A program made the position numbers and the translations under genes. 64,000 nt of DNA, from NCBI GenBank assembly GCA_040285825.1, contig JAUPSS010000001.1:1364001-1428000 (forward strand), in the 5' to 3' direction. Shown piece after piece: positions 1-11,456 of the stretch (within the stretch, counting starts at the first letter, position 1; each line of letters starts with the position of its first letter). The stretch comes from Eukaryota sp. TZLM1-RC (lineage: Eukaryota > Protista > Metamonada: BaSk clade). The notes under the pieces are model-generated. The model was not told the DNA's origin. It worked only from the letters and a program-made list of their open reading frames with translations, and ran no database searches.

Positions 1-3000
1 TCTAACCTTGAAAGAGTTCGAAGAGACATTCACCCTTAAGCCGCATGCTGATGGGATTGACTGTCCTCCAATGGAGATCAACTTTCACGATGAAAGTATT
101 CGAGTCAGACGACCCCCTCGTAGGTTAAACCCCGAGAAACAGAAAGTCGCCGAACAGATCTTCGATGAACTCGTCGAGTCTGGATTTGCTGTACCATCGA
201 ACCATGAGTTCAGCTCTCCAGTATGTCTTGTGGTATACCCTGATCATCGTAAGCCTCGTCTTACTGGTGATTACAGCGGCAAGGACGGAGTCAACGCCAA
301 CACTATTCCCGTTGAACCTAATCTCCCCAGAATATCCGATGTGCTAGTCTTCCTTTCAGAAGCCAATTTCATCGGTACCCTTGACCTCCCAAAGCCTTTT
401 GGCAACTAAAAATTGCAGAAAAGGACTGGGAGAAGACTGCCTTAAGCATCCCTGGCAAAAAGCATCATGTTTAAACGTGCTGCTTTCGGCCTCAAGAACG
501 TTCCTGCAGTTTTCCAGAACGTTATGGCAGACATCTTCTCCGGAGACGGTGTATTCATCTATATAGATGACATCATTATAGTAGGTAGAACTTTCAACGA
601 GTTCCTCGGACGTCTAAGACGTGTCCTCGAGAAGGCTCGAACCCGTAGAGTTAGCCTTGGACTGCCCAAGTGCCATTTTGTGTCCTCTAGACACCCAATA
701 AAGATCCTTGGTAGCAGATTCCAACACAAAACCAGGACCATTGATCCTACACGCACAGAGTCTTTACTGAATCTTCCCAGACCTAAGACTGTGAAAGACG
801 CCCGTAGCCTTATCGGCTCAGTCAACTTCATTAGGGAATGGCTTCCCAGGTAACCAAGCATGTTGCCCCGATCATCAAACTAACACACGGCAAACCACGT
901 CGCCTGCAGTGGAAAGACACTCACGACCACCATTTAGCCGAAATCAAACGCCTGATCGCGGAGCATATGCCTCTAAACTTACCTCCGGTGGATAACCAAG
1001 TACTAATTAGTTGCGATGCCTCTGATATAGCAGTTGGCGGCGTGATTTGGGAACAATTAGAACCCACTAAGGACCCTGGTACTTCCTTACTCAATAGGAA
1101 ATGTAGACCAATCAGCTTCTTCAGCAGATTGTTGACTAACTCCCAGCAGAACTGGCCCACGGTACAGAAAGAGCTTTACGCTATCCTTCTCATGCTTACC
1201 GAAAGTGGCTTCGAGAACTACCTCAAAGGAAGGCGCCTGATCATTTTCACAGATCACCAAAACCTTACTTACATGCTCACCGCTCCGAACAAAAACAGAA
1301 TAGTCAGAAGGTGGCTTCCCATCTTTTCTGAGTTCCTATTCGACATAGTTCATACAAAAGGGGAAGAGAACCATTGGGCAGACATGCTATCTAGGATAGT
1401 ACCGCCCCAAGACAATCATACCATCAACCATCTGGTACATTCTAATGACCAAGAGTTTCACCCTATCTACTACACAAATAGGATTGACGAAACTGAGTCA
1501 GAGAGATGCTTCGTTGAAGATCTCCATACATTTGAGAAGGTGCTCATCCTTCAAGACAGATGCTCCAATGACCTTCCACTCTTCGAGCCATGGCTCTGCA
1601 AGATCAGGTCCGAACAAAAGCGAGCCCTCGCTAACCAGGACACCTCATTTAACAACTGTACTTTGGATAGTCGTCTAGATCTTTATCTGACTCCAGAGCA
1701 CAAGATCGTGATTCCTCAATCACTGGTTAAGGATACGCTTAACCTTCTACATGGACTCCCGCAAGGTGGCCACCCCAGTAAGGCAGAAAGTCTCCTCAGA
1801 CTCAAGAACAGCGACTACTGGTGGCCTAACATGCTTTCAGACATGACCAAGCACGTCCAAGAATGCCCCTCCTGTCAGAAGACAGCAGCAGTCCCCAAAC
1901 TGCATGTCCCTACAACTGGTTCCTTGTGGGCTGACAGACCATTCGCAAGAGTTAACGTCGACGTCATTGGTCCTCTTCCTGAAGATCAAGACGGCCACAG
2001 ATACATTCTTGTATTTGTGGATAGCTTCACGAGGTTCACTATCATAGTCCCCCTCAAAGAACTCAACGCCAACCTTACCGCTGACGCTCTCATATGGAAG
2101 GTATGCGCGATATTCGGGATCCCGTTCATAGTTCATAGTGACAACGGTCCTGAGTTCTCTAAAGCTGTCTTCGACGCTCTATGTGAGTTTTTGGGCATAG
2201 AGGTCTCAAAGTCCGTCCCTCACTTCTCTCAGTCCAACGGTTTAGTCGAACGCCGTCACCGTGACATTTTGCAGAATTTGAGGAAGCTGCTCGTAGATTT
2301 TAACGCCTACGACGCATGGTCAGAGTACATACCCTATGTACAATTGTTAATCAACTCATCCAAGAGTTCGATTACAGGTTACTCACCATACGAGCTCATG
2401 TTTGGTTCAGATTTTAGCCCAAGAGCTGACCCCGGCAAAAATCATAGAGACCCTCGAAAGCTCAACGTCTGAATCAACCTACATCAACAACATTCAATCC
2501 AAATTTGCCAGATTGAAGAAGAAACAGGAGGAAGCAGAGCTCCGTCAAGCTTCCAAGGCTCCTCCTCGTGATTCCCAAATCGAAGCCAACCCTTTCTCTC
2601 CTGGCCAATTGGTAAAACGAGCTTCGTCTTCCACTGCTAAGTTACATGGTAACTACAAAGGACCATTCTTAGTTATCGACACACCCTCTACCTCCACAGC
2701 TGACATCAAGAACCTGTGTACTGGTATGGTTGTTAAAGCCAGTGTGAAGCACCTCCAACCTTGGCATTCCAGTTTACCAGTAGATGATGAATTTCACTCC
2801 TGGGTTGCTGCTGGCGATGCAGAAGAGCACGTGATCCAGAAAGTCCTCAGTCAGGATGGTGATTACTGTCAAGTCCAATGGCCTGGCAATCATATTACCA
2901 CTGAGCTGGTTTCGACTGTTCAAAACACCTCTGCCTATAAAGAATTCTCCAAGTCTGTTTCTAATACTCGCTCTCGTCCTTCACGCCGTAAACGTCGTTC

Positions 3001-3085
3001 TGTTAATATTAACAATAATGTTAATCCAACTCCTATCAGGCCTCGACGCTCGAAAAGAAGAAAGGGCAGTGTTAGCCTTGGATAA
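1..3085 (+). pseudogene. pol of family 1, copy 1 (RT-RNaseH-IN-chromodomain-like), broken by 1-nt indels
   Basis: ORFs 8-409, 467-853, 838-2472 and 2402-3085 join into one Pol. Indels fall in homopolymers at ~388, ~459, ~846 and ~2439. Confidence 0.9.
3052..3069 (+). other. polypurine tract (second copy at 6644-6661)
   Basis: GAAAAGAAGAAAGGGCAG immediately 5' of the LTR start TGTT. Confidence 0.85.
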
Positions 3086-3208
3086 TATTTATAATAGTTT
3101 ATTTATAGTTTATTAATGGTTATTGTATCATTGCGCCCATGCGCTTAAGTTTAGGGAAATCCTTATTTCCCTGTAATAAATTACATTTAAGGTATACTCA
3201 ATGTCTAA
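3070..3208 (+). repeat. family 1 LTR, lacking its last 16 nt, fused to protease-coding sequence
   Basis: Identical to 6662-6800 up to TGTCTAA, then switches to pol sequence (KTNHCINFKSANN). Confidence 0.9.
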
Positions 3209-6200
3209 AGACTAACCATTGCATAAACTTTAAGTCTGCAAACAACATCATGTCGAAGTCTTTAGGATCAGCAGAAGGCACACTGAGCTTCAGACTCGGT
3301 AGTGTAACCCAATTAGTTCATGTGAAACATAGCTTGGCCATCATTCCTGGCAACAATATGTTACTAATTGGTAGAGACCTGCTGCATCACCTAGGCTTAT
3401 TGAACGATGAAGGCCTCTTCATCAAGATGGATGAGGAACATCGTACATTACTTCTGCCTGAGGCTGAATTCGACCATCGAATCTCCCAAGTCTCAGATGT
3501 CGTCAACGTCCCCAGACGTTGGTTGGAGCACATACAGTCTTCTGGTTGTACTATTAACCTCGACTGTGACAACGACAAGAAGACCTTACTTCTAACCTTG
3601 AAAGAGTTCGAAGAGACATTCACCCTTAAGCCGCATGCTGATGGGATTGACTGTCCTCCAATGGAGATCAACTTTCACGATGAAAGTATTCGAGTCAGAC
3701 GACCCCCTCGTAGGTTAAACCCCGAGAAACAGAAAGTCGCCGAACAGATCTTCGATGAACTCGTCGAGTCTGGATTTGCTGTACCATCGAACCATGAGTT
3801 CAGCTCTCCAGTATGTCTTGTGGTATACCCTGATCATCGTAAGCCTCGTCTTACTGGTGATTACAGCGGCAAGGACGGAGTCAACGCCAACACTATTCCC
3901 GTTGAACCTAATCTCCCCAGAATATCCGATGTGCTAGTCTTCCTTTCAGAAGCCAATTTCATCGGTACCCTTGACCTCCCCAAAGCCTTTTGGCAACTAA
4001 AAATTGCAGAAAAGGACTGGGAGAAGACTGCCTTAAGCATCCCTGGCAAAAGCATCATGTTTAAACGTGCTGCTTTTCGGCCTCAAGAACGTTCCTGCAG
4101 TTTTCCAGAACGTTATGGCAGACATCTTCTCCGGAGACGGTGTATTCATCTATATAGATGACATCATTATAGTAGGTAGAACTTTCAACGAGTTCCTCGG
4201 ACGTCTAAGACGTGTCCTCGAGAAGGCTCGAACCCGTAGAGTTAGCCTTGGACTGCCCAAGTGCCATTTTTGTGTCCTCTAGACACCCAATAAAGATCCT
4301 TGGTAGCAGATTCCAACACAAAACCAGGACCATTGATCCTACACGCACAGAGTCTTTACTGAATCTTCCCAGACCTAAGACTGTGAAAGACGCCCGTAGC
4401 CTTATCGGCTCAGTCAACTTCATTAGGGAATGGCTTCCCAGGTAACCAAGCATGTTGCCCCGATCATCAAACTAACACACGGCAAACCACGTCGCCTGCA
4501 GTGGAAAGACACTCACGACCACCATTTAGCCGAAATCAAACGCCTGATCGCGGAGCATATGCCTCTAAACTTACCTCCGGTGGATAACCAAGTACTAATT
4601 AGTTGCGATGCCTCTGATATAGCAGTTGGCGGCGTGATTTGGGAACAATTAGAACCCACTAAGGACCCTGGTACTTCCTTACTCAATAGGAAATGTAGAC
4701 CAATCAGCTTCTTCAGCAGATTGTTGACTAACTCCCAGCAGAACTGGCCCACGGTACAGAAAGAGCTTTACGCTATCCTTCTCATGCTTACCGAAAGTGG
4801 CTTCGAGAACTACCTCAAAGGAAGGCGCCTGATCATTTTCACAGATCACCAAAACCTTACTTACATGCTCACCGCTCCGAACAAAAACAGAATAGTCAGA
4901 AGGTGGCTTCCCATCTTTTCTGAGTTCCTATTCGACATAGTTCATACAAAAGGGGAAGAGAACCATTGGGCAGACATGCTATCTAGGATAGTACCGCCCC
5001 AAGACAATCATACCATCAACCATCTGGTACATTCTAATGACCAAGAGTTTCACCCTATCTACTACACAAATAGGATTGACGAAACTGAGTCAGAGAGACG
5101 CTTCGTTGAAGATCTCCATACATTTGAGAAGGTGCTCATCCTTCAAGACAGATGCTCCAATGACCTTCCACTCTTCGAGCCATGGCTCTGCAAGATCAGG
5201 TCCGAACAAAAGCGAGCCCTCGCTAACCAGGACACCTCATTTAACAACTGTACTTTGGATAGTCGTCTAGATCTTTATCTGACTCCAGAGCACAAGATCG
5301 TGATTCCTCAATCACTGGTTAAGGATACGCTTAACCTTCTACATGGACTCCCGCAAGGTGGCCACCCCAGTAAGGCAGAAAGTCTCCTCAGACTCAAGAA
5401 CAGCGACTACTGGTGGCCTAACATGCTTTCAGACATGACCAAGCACGTCCAAGAATGCCCCTCCTGTCAGAAGACAGCAGCAGTCCCCAAACTGCATGTC
5501 CCTACAACTGGTTCCTTGTGGGCTGACAGACCATTCGCAAGAGTTAACGTCGACGTCATTGGTCCTCTTCCTGAAGATCAAGACGGCCACAGATACATTC
5601 TTGTATTTGTGGATAGCTTCACGAGGTTCACTATCATAGTCCCCCTCAAAGAACTCAACGCCAACCTTACCGCTGACGCTCTCATATGGAAGGTATGCGC
5701 GATATTCGGGATCCCGTTCATAGTTCATAGTGACAACGGTCCTGAGTTCTCTAAAGCTGTCTTCGACGCTCTATGTGAGTTTTTGGGCATAGAGGTCTCA
5801 AAGTCCGTCCCTCACTTCTCTCAGTCCAACGGTTTAGTCGAACGCCGTCACCGTGACATTTTTGCAGAATTTGAGGAAGCTGCTCGTAGATTTTAACGCC
5901 TACGACGCATGGTCAGAGTACATACCCTATGTACAATTGTTAATCAACTCATCCAAGAGTTCGATTACAGGTTACTCACCATACGAGCTCATGTTTGGTT
6001 CAGATTTTAGCCCAAGAGCTGACCCCGGCAAAATCATAGAGACCCTCGAAAGCTCAACGTCTGAATCAACCTACATCAACAACATTCAATCCAAATTTGC
6101 CAGATTGAAGAAGAAACAGGAGGAAGCAGAGCTCCGTCAAGCTTCCAAGGCTCCTCCTCGTGATTCCCAAATCGAAGCCAACCCTTTCTCTCCTGGCCAA

Positions 6201-6677
6201 TTGGTAAAACGAGCTTCGTCTTCCACTGCTAAGTTACATGGTAACTACAAAGGACCATTCTTAGTTATCGACACACCCTCTACCTCCACAGCTGACATCA
6301 AGAACCTGTGTACTGGTATGGTTGTTAAAGCCAGTGTGAAGCACCTCCAACCTTGGCATTCCAGTTTACCAGTAGATGATGAATTTCACTCCTGGGTTGC
6401 TGCTGGCGATGCAGAAGAGCACGTGATCCAGAAAGTCCTCAGTCAGGATGGTGATTACTGTCAAGTCCAATGGCCTGGCAATCATATTACCACTGAGCTG
6501 GTTTCGACTGTTCAAAACACCTCTGCCTATAAAGAATTCTCCAAGTCTGTTTCTAATACTCGCTCTCGTCCTTCACGCCGTAAACGTCGTTCTGTTAATA
6601 TTAACAATAATGTTAATCCAACTCCTATCAGGCCTCGACGCTCGAAAAGAAGAAAGGGCAGTGTTAGCCTTGGATAA
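3209..6677 (+). pseudogene. pol of family 1, copy 2 (C-terminal half of protease to chromodomain-like tail)
   Basis: ORFs 3139-4161, 4067-4282, 4212-4445, 4430-5896 and 5853-6677. Protease C-motif LLIGRD; indels in T-runs at ~4076, ~4268, ~5860 and a -1 at ~4438. Confidence 0.9.
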
Positions 6678-6816
6678 TATTTATAATAGTTTATTTATAG
6701 TTTATTAATGGTTATTGTATCATTGCGCCCATGCGCTTAAGTTTAGGGAAATCCTTATTTCCCTGTAATAAATTACATTTAAGGTATACTCAATGTCTAA
6801 CCCCCACAGATCATCA
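6662..6816 (+). repeat. family 1 complete 3' LTR (155 bp, TG...CA)
   Basis: TGTTAG...GATCATCA with AATAAA; boundaries confirmed by the solo LTR at 39064-39218. Confidence 0.93.
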
Positions 6817-9800
6817 TATATTGGAATCAAACTTTGATAATTTTCCTTATATGTTTGCAGGGTCCGATCTTGGACTAATCGAAGATCCGAACATTAGTTC
6901 GTAAGGTGTAAAACCTGTCTTTCTGCTTTTAGTGGAATTTATTAATAGTTGGGATATGGGTACATAAGTAGACCAATTTCCATAATCATTAAAATCTATT
7001 AATAATTTCCTCAAGCATTGTAGAACGTCTCTATGTTTTCGCTCTACGAGTCCATTACTTTCAGAGTAGTGGGGTATTGAGTTACTCATCTCAATAGCTA
7101 ATCTATTACACACTATCTTAAAAGTCTCATTGGCGAACTCGGGACCATTATCACTATGAATTAACATAGGTATGCCAAAAATTGCGCAAACGTTCCAAAT
7201 CAGAGCGTCTGCGGTCTCTAAGGCATTGAGTTCCTTCAGAGGGACTAAAATTGAATATCCAGTAAAAAAGAATCTACAAATACTAATAAGTATTTATTAC
7301 CATCACTATCAGTATTCAGAGGTCCAATTGTGTCAACATTTAGTCTGGCAAAAGGACGATCTGCCCAAAGGGAACCTGTGGAGGGTGTTTTTGTTCTTTT
7401 AACTGGTGCCGTTTTTTGACAAGTTGGGCATCTTTTGATGTGGTTTATGAGGTCCTTTCTCATATTAGGCCAGAAAAAGTCGCTTTTGGACAGTTTATGT
7501 AGACTGTCGTTTTTGCTGGGGTGGCCTGATTGAACCAATCCATGAATTAATAATAGTGCCTGTTTTCTGAGGCTTTTTGGAATTAAAATTTTATTTTTAT
7601 TGTTTTTCCAAATTTGAGTATTTTCATCTAAAATTGCATTCTCAAATAGAGGGTCATTATTATTTTTGGCTATTTGTTGTTCAGATCTTATTTTAGAGAA
7701 CCAAGAAGAAAAAATAGGTAAGTCTTGGTGTCTACTTAGGGATGAAATTGATGGGATGTCTTCGAAGTCCGAATTAGAATCATCGTCTATAGGAGGTATC
7801 TCGTAATTCGAAAGTAAAGTATCAGGTATATTTATACTACATATAGAAGGAGTTTCCTCATCTTGATCTAAATCAATATTCCTCGATAGCATATCTGCCC
7901 AGTGGTTATCTTCACCTGGTTCAAGGACTATATCAAAGTCGAATTCAGATAGTATCGGCAGCCATCTCTTTACAATTCTATTTTTCTCTGGGGCTGTGGC
8001 CAGGAATGCAATATTTTTGTGATCGGTGAAAATTGTTAGATGTCTAGTCAAAAGGTAGCTTTCTAAACAACTTTCAGTTAAAATCAGAAGAATTGCATAT
8101 AATTCTTTCTGTAAAGTGGACCATTTCCTTTGTGTTTCTGTAAGTAATCTACTATAGAACGATAAAGGTTTCACTTTTCTTTTATTCAGCGGGGTTCCTG
8201 CAGGGGAGTATGGTTCAATTTCTTGCCAAATAACGCCTCCAACTGCTACATCTGATGCGTCGGTACTTATTAGTACGCGCTTGCCCGGAGCTGGTAATTC
8301 AAGGGGCATGTGATTAATTATTAAATCTTTTATTTGTTTAAGATAATCGTCATGCTCGTTGGTCCATTTTATTACTCTAGGTTTTCCTTTAATTAACTCA
8401 TTAATTGGAGCTATTAATTCGGAAATACCTGGAAGCCAATCTCTTATATAATTGATGGATCCTACCAATGAGCGAACTTCTTTCACTGATTTTGGTCTAG
8501 GGATTCTCATCAAGGCTTCGATTTTTTTCTTACTAATAAATCTGGTTTTATCCTGGAAGGTGCTTCCTAAAATATCAATAGGGTGTTTGGATGTTACGAA
8601 TTTACATTTACGTAAACCTATATTTACACGTCTATTTCTGGCGCATTGGAGGACTCTTTGTAATCTCTTATAGAATTCATCGAAAGTCGTTCCAACTATT
8701 ATAATATCATCAATATATATGAAAACGCCATCAATTTGGAATATTTCCATCATTACATTTTGAAATACTGCTGGGGTGTTTTTTAATCCGAAGCAAGCTC
8801 TTTTAAACATAATTGACCTTCCAGGAATTGAGATTGATGTTTTCTCAATGTCCTTCTCAGCTACATTCATTTGCCAGAAAGCTTTTGGTAAATCAAGCGT
8901 GGCTATGTAATCTGCTCTACTTAAAAATTCTAAAATATCACTAATCCTAGGTAGATTAGGTTCTACTGAAATCGTGTGGGCATTGACTCCATCTTTACCG
9001 CTAAAGTCTCCCGTTAACCTGGGTTTCTTGCCGTCAGGATATATAACTAAGACAATAGGAGAGCTGAATTTATAATTAGATTCAACTGCATAGCCCATTT
9101 CAATCAGTTCATCAAATATTTTGTTTGCTATTTCCAATTTGCTGGGATTTAATCGTCTAGCAGGTTTATGTACTATAGCATTCTCGTCTCTAAAGGGGAT
9201 TGTTAGAGGTTTACAATCGATTCCTTTTCTGTTTGGAGTTTCACTAAAAACATCGCTGAAAATTCTTAGTAGACTCGTTAAATTTAATTTATTATTATCA
9301 TCATCTAATTTTATCTCACAACCAGATCTAGTTAACTGCTCCTCAAAATCGGAAGGACTCGATGATTGGTTATCTAAGGTCCCAATCGAATGTTGAGCGA
9401 TTCTTGAGTCGAATTCAGATTCTACATTTAACAAAGTGCGGTGTTCTTTGTCTAATCTAATGAAAAGACCATCATCCGTCTGAAGCCCAAGTGTTTTTAA
9501 CATGTCTACCCCTATTAATAATTTGTTCGAACCCGGGATTATGGGAAGAGTATGTCTATAATGTACCTGGTGCGCAATGCTTCCTACGTTGAACGACAGA
9601 ATACCATTTGCACTCCCTAGCGATTTACTTGATACGTTATTGGCTGGTAAGAACTCAATTGTATCATCTCTATTAATTGACATATTGCATTTGTTAGCCA
9701 AATCTTCTGTTATAACCGAACAAAACGCTGCCGAATCAATAGTTGCAAACATCTTTATATTATTTATTAAAATCTCCAATCTTAGAAATGGAGAACGCTG

Positions 9801-11456
9801 GGATCTGATGTGGTTCTCACTAACCGTAGAATTTATACCAAAAATACTGTTGATATCAGAGCTGGGTTTGTGGAATTGTAGAGGATTTAGTAAGAATTGT
9901 TGAGCTGTTGGGGAGTTGTTGACTGGGTTTCCGAAATCGGCAATTGATTGATTATGATTGATTGCGTTGATTTGTTTCCGATTGGGAAAGTTTCCAGTGT
10001 TTCTGACCCTGTTGCTGAAACGGTCAATCCGTCTGTGAGAGGTCATGCTCGAACTAGCTGACACGTTCTCAGAAGGGGATGATGTTGATGATGTATCCTC
10101 TTGTGTGTTTATGTAATAAATAGGTCTATATTGACCTCTGCCTTTATGTCCTCTAAAATGGCCACCTCGGCCCCTACCTCTAAACCTAGAAATACGTCTA
10201 CCACGGCCACCTCGGCCTCTAACTACGCTGCCACTTCTCGCAGGCTGATCAGCCTCGCCGATCTTGAACCTCAATTCTTTTGGTACCTTGCTCCTGGTAC
10301 AACGGGGGTCTTTGCATTCGAAAACCGTGTGACCGATAGGATTATTTCCTTCGGTGACGTTACAGAATGTACAGAACTTAGATCCCTCTCGTTCATGTCT
10401 TTCTGGGACATATTTGTTTTGGGGAGTTCCTTTGGATCCGCCTCCCGAGCGACGTTTAGTACCTGGACCAGATGGGGTTGCTCCTCTAGAGAACGTTCTC
10501 ATGGTCGAAAGGCCTAATGGGATGTCTTCTTCTCTTTCAGCTTGTTTTCTCAAAAGTTCCATAGTGTGCCTATTTCCTGTTGTTTGGCACCAAGCTAAAA
10601 AGTGTCTCCTGGTGGTCGAAATCAGGTCTAACAAAGTTGTACCTGTTGAAGGGTCCCATAGATCTTCTCTTGTCCAATGGCTTGCTAGCTCCTTGGTAAT
10701 GGCAAAATTATCTATACCCAAGAGAAAATATTCTGCAATAAGGGCGGGTGAGAGGGTTATTAAACCGCTGCTTCCCCTAATTGATGCAGATATGGAGTGA
10801 TCAACCATATAAGTGGTCATCCTCAGGACGTCTCCAAAATCTTCGACGAACCTACCAAATTCGTTGTCCGCATCTACTTTGTTGTGGATGTTTCTCCAAT
10901 TTATACATGGTTTTGCTAGGGCAGAGCAAGCCTCGTGATATGAGGTAAATTGTGTCCTGCGTAGCAGAAAAACCATTAGGTCGGCGTCTGAGAAGTCCGG
11001 TCTTAGAAGTCCTTGGCCTTGCCATCTAGAGATGAGATGGGGGTCGACCATGCTTGATAAGCCGGATGGACAAGTACTAATCATCATACTTCTGAATAAG
11101 TCATAATGATGGATAGGAGGTCCCAAACGTTTCGTCAGTTCTGGGTCGATCCTTAAGAGTGGCTGTTTCATGTCCCTGTCTATTTCTTCTCTGATGTGAG
11201 ATGGGAGTGATGATAACAACTCAGGGGTAATCTGGGTCTTTCCTTCACCAAATATTTGGGTTGCTATCAACATAGCACGAGACCAATCAGATTGACCAGG
11301 GGCTTGAAAGCTTCGATTGGCTATCTTGCGTCCGTATTTGTCCCATGTTTGGAATTTGAGGAGGAAGGAGACGAGAGACATCTTGTTGAGAGGGTCTTTC
11401 TCAGATAGGTGAGGGGCTTTATATTCAGCTGACCTAGGCTGAGAGTCCACATGTCT
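6817..11456 (-). CDS. family 2 Gag-Pol polyprotein (Gag, atypical Zn knuckle, RGG tract, protease, RT, RNaseH, integrase); frameshift near 7265 and stop at 6847-6849
   Basis: ORF 7245-11450 (1401 aa) continues after an A-run indel as TGYSILVPLKELNA...HSDNGPEF (ORF 6847-7167). Clearly homologous to family 1 Pol. Confidence 0.88.

Larger units (their letters stand above)
1..6816 (+). mobile_element. Ty3/gypsy LTR retrotransposon family 1: head-to-tail tandem of a ~3592-bp unit (partial protease-RT-RNaseH-integrase-chromodomain-LTR); begins before the window
   Basis: 1-3208 is near-identical to 3591-6800. RT motifs LDLPKAFWQ/YIDD, RNaseH CDAS..TDH, integrase HHCC + DDE + GPF, in gypsy domain order. 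Confidence 0.95.

Noticed and set aside
380-5870. Multiple frameshifts in pol read as programmed recoding
   Set aside because: Six indels are private to one of two near-identical copies and all fall in homopolymers, typical of long-read error.
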